27,454 nucleotides of DNA from Alphaproteobacteria bacterium (lineage in GTDB: Bacteria; Pseudomonadota; Alphaproteobacteria; VGEJ01): the NCBI GenBank assembly GCA_016869335.1, contig VGEJ01000001.1:1-27454 (forward strand). The letters are read 5' to 3'. A model generated the notes under the pieces. The model had not been told where the DNA came from, made no database searches, and was given only the letters and a program-made list of their open reading frames with translations. A program made the position numbers and the translations under genes. Each line of letters opens with the position of its first letter. Positions within the stretch are counted from its first letter, which is position 1. Positions 8,855-20,652 of this stretch are shown here, in pieces.

Positions 8855-9955
8855 CTAAGCGGCCTTGCCCATCTGCGGGACCGGGGCGGGGCGTCGGCCA
8901 CCGATGCGATCGAGCGGGCCGATGGCCTTCTCGATCGCCGGCAGCACCTCGGTGGCGAGGCGCTCGATCGTCCGCAGCGCGCGCCGCTGCGGCATGCCAC
9001 CGGGTTGGACGTAGAAGGCGATGTGCGCGGGGTTCATCACGGCGATGTCGTTGGCGAGCCGCTCGGCGCACGTCTCGGGATCGCCGCAGACGATGTTGTT
9101 GAGGAGCGCCTCGATGCTCGGCTCATCCGGTATCGGCGGTGCCTGCACCATGAAGCCGTCGAGGGCGTAGTTGTCGTTGCGCATCGCGGTCGAGATCCGC
9201 GAGGAGTAGAGGGCGCGCCGGGCCATGTCCTCGGCCTCGGCCCGGCTGTCGGTGACGTGGAGATAGCGCATCAGCGCGAGCGGGTAGTTGGGATCGCGGC
9301 CGACCTCTCGCGCGACCGCGCGGTAGTCGTCGCGCACCTGGGTGAGGATCGTCACCGGACGGACCGTCGGCGTCACGAACGGGATGTAGCCGCTTGCGAC
9401 CACGCGCCGTTTGATGTCGGGCGGCATCTGGCCGGCCACCCAGATCTCGGGAATGGGCCGCTGCACCGCCTGGATGGCGAGCTGCATGCGCGGCACCTTG
9501 TAGTACTGGCCGTCGTAGGAGAACTGCGGCTGGGTGAGGCCGAGCTCCAGGATGTCGAGGCACTCGCTGAACATCGCGTTCTTGTTGGCGATGTCGAGGC
9601 CGAAGCGGGCGAACTCGTAGGGTTGGTAACCCGATCCGATGCCGAGAAGGAGCCGGCCGCCGCACACGGCATCTACCAGGGCGATCTCCTGCACCAGCCG
9701 AACCGGATCGTAGAGCGGCAACACCACGACGCCGGTGCCGAGCTTGATCCGTTCGGTGCGCGCCGCGCAGTAGGTCACCGCCAGGAGCGGTGAGGGGCAG
9801 ACGCTGTAGCTCGAGAAGTGGTGCTCACCGAACCACACTGCCTCAAAGCCCAGCGTTTCGGCGAGCAGCGTCTGCTCGAGCATCTCGGCAAAGATCTCGC
9901 CGTCGCGCTTGGCCGGTTCGCTTTTCTGCAGCAGATGGAAAAGCCCGAACCGCAT
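8855..9955 (-). CDS. LLM-class (luciferase-like) flavin-dependent oxidoreductase
   Basis: MRFGLF start, GFEAVWFGEHHF, RIKLGTGVVVLPL, GRLLLGIGSGY and CGDPETC. Confidence 0.92.
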   Translation of the reverse strand: MRFGLFHLLQKSEPAKRDGEIFAEMLEQTLLAETLGFEAVWFGEHHFSSYSVCPSPLLAVTYCAARTERIKLGTGVVVLPLYDPVRLVQEIALVDAVCGGRLLLGIGSGYQPYEFARFGLDIANKNAMFSECLDILELGLTQPQFSYDGQYYKVPRMQLAIQAVQRPIPEIWVAGQMPPDIKRRVVASGYIPFVTPTVRPVTILTQVRDDYRAVAREVGRDPNYPLALMRYLHVTDSRAEAEDMARRALYSSRISTAMRNDNYALDGFMVQAPPIPDEPSIEALLNNIVCGDPETCAERLANDIAVMNPAHIAFYVQPGGMPQRRALRTIERLATEVLPAIEKAIGPLDRIGGRRPAPVPQMGKAA

Positions 9956-10189
9956 TTTCGCCCCGCCCGCCCGCGTTGTTCCCTGCCGATGATGCGCTTG
10001 GCGCGCACACCGAAGCAACCGCAAAGCTCACTTCGGTCCCATGCCGCCGCCGCATGGGCGTGATGAGCGCCATTGCCTCCCCGTCCCTGGTTCTCGATAA
10101 TGACCGCGGGCAGTACATCGAGGACCACGGCGATACCGACTTCGGCTGAGCATCGCGCTCCTCATACTCTCGTTCGCGAGGGCGAACTC

Positions 10190-12532
10190 GTGGCGCTGCG
10201 GGCGCTCGAGCGCAAGGTGCTGTGGCTCTCGACCTGGATGATCCACCACGCCAACCACGTGCGCCCCAACCATGACGGCCTCAAAGTCGGCGGCCACCAG
10301 GCATCCAGCGCATCCCTGGTCACCCTGATGACGGCGCTGTTCTTCCGCGTCCTGCGGCCCGAGGACCGGGTGGCGGTCAAGCCCCACGCCAGTCCCGTTT
10401 TCCACGCCATCCAATACCTCTTCGGGCGCCAGAGCCGGGACAATCTGGAGCGTTTCCGGGCCTTTGGCGGGGCCCAGTCCTATCCATCGCGCACCAAGGA
10501 CGCCGATGATGTCGACTTCTCGACCGGCTCCGTCGGTCTCGGGGTCGCCGTGACGGCCTTCGCGTCGCTGGTCCAGGACTACGTCCGGATGAAGGGCCTG
10601 GTTCCTGCCGAGCGCCCTGCCGGCCGCATGGTCGCGCTCATGGGCGATGCCGAGCTCGACGAGGGCAACGTGTTCGAGGCGATGCTCGAGGGCTGGAAGC
10701 ACGACATCGTCAATACGTGGTGGATCGTCGACTACAACCGCCAGAGCCTCGATGCGGTCATCAGCGACCGCCTGTTCGCCCGCGTGGACGATGTCTTCCG
10801 CACCACCGGCTGGGAGGTCGTCATCCTCAAGTACGGCAAGCTGCTGCAGAGCGCCTTCGCGCGCCGCGGCGGCGATGCGCTGCGGCAGTGGATCGACGAT
10901 TGTCCGAATTCGCTCTACTCGGCCCTCACCTACAAGGGCGGGGCGAGCTGGCGTGAACACATCAGGCGCGATCTCGGCACGACCGCAGGTATCACGGAGC
11001 TCCTCGACGAGCACGACGATGGCGCGCTCCAAACGCTGATGACCAACCTTGCTGGGCAGGACATGGAGTCCTGCCTCGAGGCGTTTGCGGCGGTCGCGAG
11101 CGACCGGCCGCACTGCTTCATCGCCTACACGATCAAGGGCAAGGACCTGCCGTTCGCGGGCCACAAGGACAATCACGCCGGCCTGATGAGTCCCGAGCAG
11201 ATGGCTGTGTTCCGGCAGCGGATGGCGATTCGCGACGGCCACGAGTGGGATCACTTCGAGGGGCTGGCGGAGCCGGTTGCGGCGCTTCGCGCCTTCGTCG
11301 CCGGGGCACCCTTCGGGCGCGCCGGCGCGCGCGTCCACGCGGCGCCACCGGTCGCGATTCCCGCGAGCATGGCGCTCGATGCGGGCGGGCGCCTGTCGAC
11401 CCAAGAGGCGTTCGGGCGCATCCTGAACGAGATCGGCCGCGGCGATAGCGAACTGGCGGCCCGGATCGTAACGGCTTCTCCCGATGTCACGGTTTCGACC
11501 AACCTTGGGCCGTGGGTCAACCGAAGGGGCATCTTCGACCGGCATCGGCGGGAGGACGTCTTCCGCGCCGAGAAGGTGGTGTCGGCGCAGCGTTGGTCGA
11601 TGTCGCAGGACGGCCAGCACATCGAGCTCGGCATCGCCGAGCACAACCTGTTTCTGCTGCTGGCGGCGCTCGGGCTGGCGGCGCCGCTGTTCGGCGTTCG
11701 GCTGCTGCCGATCGGAACGCTCTACGACCCGTTCATCCTGCGTGGTCTCGACGCCCTCAATTACGCGCTCTATCAGGATGCTCGCTTCATGCTGGTGGCG
11801 ACGCCCTCGGGCATCACGCTCGCGCCCGAAGGCGGCGCACACCAGTCCATTGCGACGCCGCTCATCGGCATGGCCGAGGACAAGCTGGCCTCCTTCGATC
11901 CGGCCTTTGTCGATGAGCTCGGCGAGATCATGCGCTGGGGCTTCACCCATATGCAGGCGGAGGACGGTGGGTCCGTCTACCTTCGACTTTCGACGCGTGC
12001 GATCGAGCAGCCGCAGCGGCGGATCGGCCCCGCGCTGCGCGAGGAGATCCTGCGCGGCGGCTATTGGCAGGTGCGGCCGCGCGCTGACACCACGTTGGCG
12101 ATCGCCTACTGCGGTGCGCTCGCACCGGAGGCGATGGCGGCTCACGCCGCGCTGCTCGAGGACGAACCCGGAGCGGCACTCCTCGCCATCACCTCGCCGG
12201 ACCGGCTGTTCGGCGAGTGGACCCGGGCGAGCCGGGGGCGGAGCCAGGGTGAGCGGGCCGCGCCCGCCCACATCGAGCGGCTGCTCAGCGAACTGCCGCC
12301 CAGCGCCGCGCTGGTGACCGTGCTCGATGGCCACCCGGCGACATTGTCGTGGCTCGGCTCGGTCGCGCGCCACCGGCTCTACCCACTGGGTGTCGACCGT
12401 TTCGGTCAGTCGGGTGACATTCCCGATCTCTATCGCGCCTACCGCATCGATACCGACGCGATCCTGGACGCCTGCGCCCAGGCGTGCCTGGTCGCTGCCC
12501 GCGGGGAGGAGAGCCGCCCCCGGATCGCGTAA
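10190..12532 (+). CDS. TPP-dependent transketolase / homodimeric 2-oxoacid dehydrogenase E1 (AceE-like) family protein
   Basis: KVGGHQASSAS, YPSRTKD, STGSVGLG, TPP motif GDAELDEG...DYNRQSLD, ELGIAEHN and PEGGAHQS. The start is uncertain: GTG 10190 follows GAGGG, with ATG 10100 or TTG 10073 as alternatives. Confidence 0.85.
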   Translation: MALRALERKVLWLSTWMIHHANHVRPNHDGLKVGGHQASSASLVTLMTALFFRVLRPEDRVAVKPHASPVFHAIQYLFGRQSRDNLERFRAFGGAQSYPSRTKDADDVDFSTGSVGLGVAVTAFASLVQDYVRMKGLVPAERPAGRMVALMGDAELDEGNVFEAMLEGWKHDIVNTWWIVDYNRQSLDAVISDRLFARVDDVFRTTGWEVVILKYGKLLQSAFARRGGDALRQWIDDCPNSLYSALTYKGGASWREHIRRDLGTTAGITELLDEHDDGALQTLMTNLAGQDMESCLEAFAAVASDRPHCFIAYTIKGKDLPFAGHKDNHAGLMSPEQMAVFRQRMAIRDGHEWDHFEGLAEPVAALRAFVAGAPFGRAGARVHAAPPVAIPASMALDAGGRLSTQEAFGRILNEIGRGDSELAARIVTASPDVTVSTNLGPWVNRRGIFDRHRREDVFRAEKVVSAQRWSMSQDGQHIELGIAEHNLFLLLAALGLAAPLFGVRLLPIGTLYDPFILRGLDALNYALYQDARFMLVATPSGITLAPEGGAHQSIATPLIGMAEDKLASFDPAFVDELGEIMRWGFTHMQAEDGGSVYLRLSTRAIEQPQRRIGPALREEILRGGYWQVRPRADTTLAIAYCGALAPEAMAAHAALLEDEPGAALLAITSPDRLFGEWTRASRGRSQGERAAPAHIERLLSELPPSAALVTVLDGHPATLSWLGSVARHRLYPLGVDRFGQSGDIPDLYRAYRIDTDAILDACAQACLVAARGEESRPRIA

Positions 12533-12544
12533 GATCGGGCCCGC

Positions 12545-12629
12545 GCGGGCGTGGTGGAACTGGCAGACACGCCAGATTTAGGTTCTGGTGACGCAAGTCA
12601 TGGGGGTTCGAGTCCCTCCGCCCGCACCA
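12545..12629 (+). tRNA. tRNA-Leu(TAG)
   Basis: Acceptor stem GCGGGCG/CGCCCGC, anticodon arm CCAGA-TT-TAG-GT-TCTGG, long variable arm, GGTTCGAGTCC T-arm and encoded CCA (85 nt). Confidence 0.97.
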
Positions 12630-12698
12630 ACCACAGGCGCTTTCGCGCGCGCTCGGCTCGGGCCATAATCGCCCCCCTTTGGACCAGAGGTGCACGTC

Positions 12699-14123
12699 AT
12701 GGAGGTCACCCAGACCCTGACGGACGGCCTGCGGCGCGAGTTCAAGGTCGTCTTTCCGGCGGGCGAGATCGAGACAAAGCTATCTGAGCGTCTCGAAGGA
12801 CTGCGCTTGCGCGTGCAGCTGCCGGGCTTTCGGCCCGGCAAGGTGCCGCTCCAGCTTCTGCGCCAGCGGTTCGGCAAGAGCGTGATGGGCGAGGTGGTGC
12901 AGGAAGCGCTGAGCACCGGGACCGAGGAGGCGATCACGAAGAACGCGCTGCGGCCGGCGTTGCAACCCAAGATCGAGGTGACCCGCTTCGATCAGGGCAC
13001 CGATCTCGAGTACACGGTCGCCCTCGAGGTGTTGCCCGACTTCGAACCGGGCGACTTCGCCGACATCCAACTGGAGCGGCTGCGAGCGGAGCCGACGGGG
13101 CAGGCGCTGGACGAGCGCCTCGGGCGCCTGGCCGAGCAGCAACCCCGCTACGAGCCGGTGGCGGAGGGCGAGGGCGCGGCCGTGCGCGATGCCCTCGTCA
13201 TCGACTACCAGGGCACGATCGAAGGCGCCGCCTTCGACGGCGGCTCGGCCACCGACCTCAGCGTGGTCCTCGGCTCCGGCCAGCTCCTCGCCGGGTTCGA
13301 AGAGAAGCTGCTCGGCGCCAAAGCCGGGGAGACCGTCGTGGTCGAGACGACCCTGCCGGAGACCGCGCCGAAGGAGGCGCTCCGCGGCAGGCCCGCGCGC
13401 TTCGAGGTCCAGGTGAAGGAGGTGCGCCGACGCCTCGAGACCGCGGTCGATGATGCGTTCGCGCAAACGCTAGGGCTCGAGAACCTGGCGGCGCTGCGCC
13501 AAGCCGTGCGCGAGCAGTTGGAGCGTGAGTACGCCGCGTTCTCCCGGGCCGATCTCAAACGCAAGCTGTTTGATGCGCTCGATCGTCGCCACACCTTCGA
13601 TCTGCCCCCTGGGATGGTCCAGGCCGAGTTCAACCAGATCTGGCAGCAGGTCGAGGCGGAGCGCAAGGCCGGGCGCGCCGACCCCGACAGCGAGGGCAAG
13701 TCCGAGGACGAGGTCAAGGCGGAGTACCAGGCGATTGCCGGGCGCCGGGTGCGTCTTGGCCTACTACTTGCCGAAGTCGGGCGGCGTAACAATATCGAGG
13801 TGGTTCGGGACGAGATCAATCGCGCGATCGCCGAGCAGGCCCGGCGCTTTCCCGGCCAGGAGCGCCGCGTTTTCGATTATTTCACGCGCACGCCCGAGGC
13901 TGCGACGCGGTTGCAGGCGCCGCTCTTCGAGGACAAGGTCGTGGACTTCATTCTGCAGAAGGTGGCGGTGGGCGAACGAACGGTGCCGCTGGCGGACTTG
14001 GTGAAGGAAGTCGAGGCACCGGGAGCCGACACGGACATCGCCGCGGCGCTGGCCGCAGGGTCCGAGCAAGGAACCGACCAAGCGACAACAGCCTCCGAAA
14101 CCGGCGCCTCCGGCCAGGACTAG
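12699..14123 (+). CDS. tig: Trigger factor
   Basis: Ribosome-binding signature LPGFRPGKVP, FKBP domain (IDYQGTIEGAAFDGG), C-terminal RRVRLGLLLAE; position between tRNA-Leu and clpP. Confidence 0.96.
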   Translation: MEVTQTLTDGLRREFKVVFPAGEIETKLSERLEGLRLRVQLPGFRPGKVPLQLLRQRFGKSVMGEVVQEALSTGTEEAITKNALRPALQPKIEVTRFDQGTDLEYTVALEVLPDFEPGDFADIQLERLRAEPTGQALDERLGRLAEQQPRYEPVAEGEGAAVRDALVIDYQGTIEGAAFDGGSATDLSVVLGSGQLLAGFEEKLLGAKAGETVVVETTLPETAPKEALRGRPARFEVQVKEVRRRLETAVDDAFAQTLGLENLAALRQAVREQLEREYAAFSRADLKRKLFDALDRRHTFDLPPGMVQAEFNQIWQQVEAERKAGRADPDSEGKSEDEVKAEYQAIAGRRVRLGLLLAEVGRRNNIEVVRDEINRAIAEQARRFPGQERRVFDYFTRTPEAATRLQAPLFEDKVVDFILQKVAVGERTVPLADLVKEVEAPGADTDIAAALAAGSEQGTDQATTASETGASGQD

Positions 14124-14156
14124 GTGGCGGCGCCGAACAGCGTTCTTGGAGAGGTC

Positions 14157-14783
14157 ATGCACGAGCCATTCGATATCCAGATGAACACCCTCGTGCCGAT
14201 GGTGGTCGAACAGACCGGACGGGGCGAACGCGCCTACGACATCTACTCGCGGTTGCTCAAGGAGCGCATCGTGTTCCTGATCGGGCCGATCAACGATCAT
14301 GTCGCGACCCTGGTGACGGCGCAGCTCCTGTTTCTCGAGGCCGAGAACCCGAACAAGGACATCTCACTCTACGTCAATTCACCCGGTGGCATCGTGTCGT
14401 CGGGGCTCGCCATCTACGATACGATGCAGTACATCCGACCCAACGTCTCGACGCTGTGCATCGGCATGGCGGCGTCGATGGGCTCGCTGCTGCTGTGCGC
14501 GGGCGCCAAGGGCAAGCGCTTTGCCCTGCCCAACGCCCGCATCATGGTCCACCAACCCTCGGGCGGCTTCCAGGGCCAGGCCACCGACATCGAAATCCAC
14601 GCGCGCGAGATCGTCGAGCAACGGGCTCGCCTCAATCAGCTCTACGTGCGCCACACGGGGCAGAAGCTCAAGGTCATCGAGGAAAGCCTCGAGCGTGACC
14701 GGTTCATGAGCTCCGAGGCGGCCAAGGAGTTCGGTCTCGTCGACGAGGTCGTGATCAACCGACCGACGACGACCGAACCTTAG
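14157..14783 (+). CDS. clpP: ATP-dependent Clp protease proteolytic subunit
   Basis: [29 protein letters not shown] (catalytic Ser), IMVHQP (His) and ERDRFMS (Asp). ATG 14157 follows GGAGAGG. Confidence 0.98.
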   Translation: MHEPFDIQMNTLVPMVVEQTGRGERAYDIYSRLLKERIVFLIGPINDHVATLVTAQLLFLEAENPNKDISLYVNSPGGIVSSGLAIYDTMQYIRPNVSTLCIGMAASMGSLLLCAGAKGKRFALPNARIMVHQPSGGFQGQATDIEIHAREIVEQRARLNQLYVRHTGQKLKVIEESLERDRFMSSEAAKEFGLVDEVVINRPTTTEP

Positions 14784-14940
14784 CGCGCGGTGCTCGCCCG
14801 CTGAGGGCGCTTAACCGATCCTTGAGCCCCATCGGATAGTTGATGCGGTATACGGCGCGTCTGTGACTGCTGCGGCTGTGGTGTAACGACGGGGCGCGTA
14901 GGCTTGTGACTTCGACCATGGCCGCGGCCCAAGGTTTGGG

Positions 14941-14970
14941 TTGTATGCCGTTATGGCCTCCGGGTAAGAT
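14941..14970 (+). promoter_or_regulatory. Possible clpX promoter
   Basis: TTGTAT-N18-TAAGAT about 30 nt upstream of ATG 14999; a GANTC site (GATTC) overlaps the -10. Confidence 0.35.
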
Positions 14971-14998
14971 TCTGGTCCATGGCTACGTGGGTTGCGTC

Positions 14999-16264
14999 AT
15001 GAGCAAGCCTTCCGGAAGCGACTCCAAGAACACACTCTATTGCTCGTTCTGCGGCAAGAGCCAGCACGAGGTGCGCAAGCTCATCGCCGGCCCGACCGTG
15101 TTCATTTGCGACGAGTGCGTTGAGCTGTGCATGGACATCATCCGCGAGGAGCACAAGGGCGCGCTCGTGAAGTCGCGCAACGGGGTACCGACGCCGCGCG
15201 ACATCTGCCGCGTGCTCGACGACTACGTGATCGGGCAGGACCATGCCAAGCGGGTGCTGTCGGTCGCGGTCCACAACCACTACAAGCGCCTCAACCACGG
15301 CGCCAAGAGCAACGACATCGAGATCGCGAAGTCGAACATCCTGCTCATCGGACCGACGGGATGCGGCAAGACACTGCTCGCGCAGACGCTCGCCCGGATA
15401 CTCGATGTGCCATTCACGATGGCCGACGCGACGACGCTGACCGAGGCGGGGTACGTCGGCGAGGATGTCGAGAACATCATCCTGAAGCTCCTGCAGGCGG
15501 CCGACTACAACGTCGAGCGCGCCCAGCGCGGCATCGTCTACATCGATGAGGTCGACAAGATCAGCCGCAAGTCCGACAACCCCTCGATCACCCGCGACGT
15601 GTCGGGCGAGGGTGTGCAGCAGGCCCTTCTCAAGATCATGGAGGGTACGATCGCCGCCGTGCCGCCCCAGGGCGGGCGCAAGCATCCGCAGCAGGAGTTC
15701 CTTCAGGTCGACACCTCCAACATCCTGTTCGTCTGCGGCGGTGCGTTCTCGGGCCTCGAGAAGATCATCGCGGCCCGCGGCCGGGGCTCCTCGATCGGCT
15801 TTGGTGCCGACGTGCGCGGACCCGACGACCGCAAGCCGGGCGAGATCCTTCTCGGGGTGGAGCCTGAGGATCTGCTGAAGTTCGGCCTGATCCCCGAGTT
15901 CATCGGGCGCCTGCCGGTGATCGCCACGCTCACCGACCTTGATGAGGAGTCGCTGGTGGAGATCCTGGTCAAGCCCAAGAACGCGCTGGTCAAGCAATAC
16001 GAGCGGCTGTTCGCGATGGAGGACGTCAAGCTGACGTTTTCCGAGGACGCGATGCGCGCGATCGCCCGGAAGGCGATTCTGCGCAAGACCGGCGCGCGGG
16101 GCTTGCGCTCGATCATGGAGTCCATCCTGCTCGAGCCGATGTTCGACCTACCCTCGGGCGATGGCGTCGAGGAGGTCGTCATCAACAGTGAGGTTGTCGA
16201 GGGGCGGGCGCGACCGCTGCACATCTACTCTGAGCGTCGAGGGGATGTGGGCTCGAGCGCCTGA
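14999..16264 (+). CDS. clpX: ATP-dependent Clp protease ATP-binding subunit
   Basis: Zn-binding CSFCGK...CDEC, Walker [15 protein letters not shown] pore loop, IDEVDK, IGF loop and TGARGLR. Confidence 0.98.
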   Translation: MSKPSGSDSKNTLYCSFCGKSQHEVRKLIAGPTVFICDECVELCMDIIREEHKGALVKSRNGVPTPRDICRVLDDYVIGQDHAKRVLSVAVHNHYKRLNHGAKSNDIEIAKSNILLIGPTGCGKTLLAQTLARILDVPFTMADATTLTEAGYVGEDVENIILKLLQAADYNVERAQRGIVYIDEVDKISRKSDNPSITRDVSGEGVQQALLKIMEGTIAAVPPQGGRKHPQQEFLQVDTSNILFVCGGAFSGLEKIIAARGRGSSIGFGADVRGPDDRKPGEILLGVEPEDLLKFGLIPEFIGRLPVIATLTDLDEESLVEILVKPKNALVKQYERLFAMEDVKLTFSEDAMRAIARKAILRKTGARGLRSIMESILLEPMFDLPSGDGVEEVVINSEVVEGRARPLHIYSERRGDVGSSA

Positions 16265-16296
16265 GGCGGTTTCGCTACGACTGCCGTTCGCCCTTC

Positions 16297-16326
16297 CTTG
16301 AAGCGGGCCCCCGGGGTCGCTACCTT
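16297..16326 (+). promoter_or_regulatory. Probable lon promoter (sigma70/RpoH-like)
   Basis: C-TTGAAG-N17-TACCTT about 50 nt upstream of the lon ATG. CTTGAA matches heat-shock -35 elements. Confidence 0.5.
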
Positions 16327-16375
16327 GAGATAAGCAACGTCATCAGCTCGGCACCCGCCGAGTCAGGATCGCATC

Positions 16376-18793
<2,418 letters not shown>

Positions 18794-18844
18794 GTTCGGC
18801 GGCTGTCACGCCGCGGACGCCTGGGGATATCTCCGTTTTTCCCT

Positions 18845-18873
18845 TTGACCGGGGTCGGCCCGCTCCCTACACT
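18845..18873 (+). promoter_or_regulatory. Sigma70 promoter of hupB
   Basis: TTGACC-N17-TACACT, close to consensus, 68 nt upstream of GTG 18942. Confidence 0.7.
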
Positions 18874-18941
18874 TTTGGTCTTCGCGAGGCTCAAGCCGCG
18901 TGCATCGCGACAGTACTCAAATGGTGACAGGGGGCCGCAGG

Positions 18942-19217
18942 GTGAACAGGAACGACCTTATCGCGCAGGTGACCAACAAGGTGGGCCTGAAGAAGGCGGA
19001 AGCAACGAAAGCCGTCGATTGCGTGTTCGATACCATCACGACGAGCCTGAAGAAGGGAAACGAGGTTCGGCTCGTCGGGTTCGGAACCTTCTCCGTGGCG
19101 CGTCGCAAGGCCTCGGCAGGACGTAATCCGCGCACCGGCGAGGCCATCAAGATTCCGGCGTCGAACCAGCCCAAGTTCAAGGCGGGCAAGGGATTGAAGG
19201 ACGCCGTCAATCGCTAG
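18942..19217 (+). CDS. hupB: HU family DNA-binding protein
   Basis: VRLVGFGTFSV and GRNPRTGEAIKIPA...PKFKAGK; 91 aa from GTG; directly downstream of lon. Confidence 0.96.
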   Translation: MNRNDLIAQVTNKVGLKKAEATKAVDCVFDTITTSLKKGNEVRLVGFGTFSVARRKASAGRNPRTGEAIKIPASNQPKFKAGKGLKDAVNR

Positions 19218-19241
19218 CACGGGTGAGGGTCCCGACACCGA

Positions 19242-19274
19242 CCGGCCGCCGGAAAGGGCGGCCGGCAGCGTTTT
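19242..19274 (+). terminator. Putative intrinsic terminator after hupB
   Basis: 9-bp stem CCGGCCGCC/GGCGGCCGG with a GGAAAG loop, followed by CAGCGTTTT. Confidence 0.5.
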
Positions 19275-19328
19275 GGGGCCCGCATCGCCGCACCCGTGGT
19301 GCGGCTGCGAGCATGGCGGAGGAGGCGT

Positions 19329-19404
19329 GGGCGGTTAGCTCAGTTGGTAGAGCGCCACGTTTACACCGTGGATGTCGGCGGTTCGAGCCCGTCACCGCCC
19401 ACCA
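19329..19404 (+). tRNA. tRNA-Val(TAC)
   Basis: Acceptor stem GGGCGGT/ACCGCCC, D-arm TAGCTCAGTTGGTAGAGC, anticodon arm CCACG-TT-TAC-AC-CGTGG, GGTTCGAGCCC and CCA (76 nt). Confidence 0.97.
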
Positions 19405-19440
19405 TTTGCCGCCCGTGCCTCGCTGCCACGGAGCCTGACG

Positions 19441-20652
19441 ATGTTCCTCGAGCCCCTCGTTCGTCGTAATCGCGCCCTCATAGAGGCGGCGATCGGTCTG
19501 CACCAGTCGGGCGCGTTGCCCCCAAACGCCTATGTTCTCGACCTCGACGTCATGCGCGACAACGCGCGCGCGATCAGCGACGAGGCGACGCGCCTGGGGC
19601 TCGCCGTGTTCGCGATGACCAAACAGACCGGGCGCAATCCGCCGGCGATGGGCGCGGTCCGGGATGGCGGTATCGATCGCTTCGTCGCGGTCGATCTTGG
19701 CTGCGCTCGCGCCATCGTGCACCACGGCTTTCGACTCGCCCATCTCGGCCACCTCGTGCAGATGGCGCGGTGCGAAGCCGACGAGGCGGCCGGCATGGAG
19801 CCCGATTACTGGACGGTGTTCAATCGCGCCAAGGCGGCCGAGGCAGCGACCGCGGCCGCGAGTCGAGGACGCCGCCAGGCCCTCATGATGCGCGTGGTGG
19901 CGCCGGGCGACCGTTTCTATCCGGGCCACGAGGGCGGCGTCGCGATCGACGAACTCATTGCCGAAGCGCGCGCGATCGAGGCGCTTCCCGGCGCGCATCT
20001 CGCCGGTGTCACGAGCTTTCCGACGGCGCTGTTCGATCAGTCTGCAGGCGCAGTCCGGCCGACGCCGAACCTTGCCACGCTTGGGCGGGCGGCGGCGCAA
20101 CTGCGCGCTGCAGGATTCGACAACATCGCGATCAACGCGCCGGGCAGCACATCGAGCGCGATGCTCGCTACGCTCGCCGAGGCCGGCGCCACCCAGGTCG
20201 AGCCCGGCCACGGCCTCACCGGCACGACGCCGCTGCACGCGGTGCGAGACGAACTGCCGGAGCGGCCGGCAATCCTCTACCTCAGCGAAGTCACGCATTT
20301 CGGTGGCGGATACGCCTATTGCCTCGGCGGCGGACTGTACATTGACCCGGTGTTCGAGGCCTATCCGGTCAAGGCGCTCGTCGGCACGGACCCGGACGCG
20401 GCGCTCTCCCGACGGGTCGGCACGATCATGCCCGCGGCCGAGTCGATCGACTACTACGGGCGCCTCGCGGTGGACGCCCGCCCGCCGATCCGGATCGGCG
20501 ACTCGGTGATTTTCGGGTTCCGCCCCCAGGCCTTCCACACGCGCGCCTGCCTTGCACCCTTGTCAGGCGTGCAAAGCGGGCGACCGACGCTCGAGGGTCT
20601 CTGGCTGCCCGACGGCGCCCCCGCCGCCGGCCGTTTGGCCTCGCACGCCTAG
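19441..20652 (+). CDS. yhfX: YhfX-family PLP-dependent enzyme (alanine racemase-like fold III)
   Basis: Matches the recalled E. coli YhfX pattern along its length: MFLEPLVRRN, AMTKQTGRNP (PLP Lys), GHLVQ, FYPGHEGG, PTPNL, NAPG, EPGHGLTGT, SIDYY and FRPQAFHTR. Confidence 0.85.
   Translation: MFLEPLVRRNRALIEAAIGLHQSGALPPNAYVLDLDVMRDNARAISDEATRLGLAVFAMTKQTGRNPPAMGAVRDGGIDRFVAVDLGCARAIVHHGFRLAHLGHLVQMARCEADEAAGMEPDYWTVFNRAKAAEAATAAASRGRRQALMMRVVAPGDRFYPGHEGGVAIDELIAEARAIEALPGAHLAGVTSFPTALFDQSAGAVRPTPNLATLGRAAAQLRAAGFDNIAINAPGSTSSAMLATLAEAGATQVEPGHGLTGTTPLHAVRDELPERPAILYLSEVTHFGGGYAYCLGGGLYIDPVFEAYPVKALVGTDPDAALSRRVGTIMPAAESIDYYGRLAVDARPPIRIGDSVIFGFRPQAFHTRACLAPLSGVQSGRPTLEGLWLPDGAPAAGRLASHA

Noticed and set aside
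2-9955. A unified pyrimidine/malonate degradation cluster (amidohydrolase, amidase, MCD, LLM, SDR)
   Set aside because: The genes lie on mixed strands with unrelated genes between them, and none can be assigned to RutA, barbiturase or similar specific families by eye.
10028-12373. 781-aa antisense ORF, and similar long shadow ORFs (1263-2189, 4098-5504, 5320-6561, 7041-8402, 8651-9793, 14951-15997, 16343-17749, 19207-20538)
   Set aside because: They lie opposite well-supported genes and have no recognisable motifs. Long stop-free antisense frames are expected at this GC content.
14906-14998. N-terminal extensions given by the ORF track for clpX (also tig, clpP, hupB, yhfX, rhodanese, SDR and LLM)
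   Set aside because: Family homology and RBS-like sequences point to downstream starts, so I adjusted the coordinates.
20649-20652. Convergent genes with overlapping stop codons (also 6768-6771)
   Set aside because: This is common in compact GC-rich genomes and no additional structure supports a special role.
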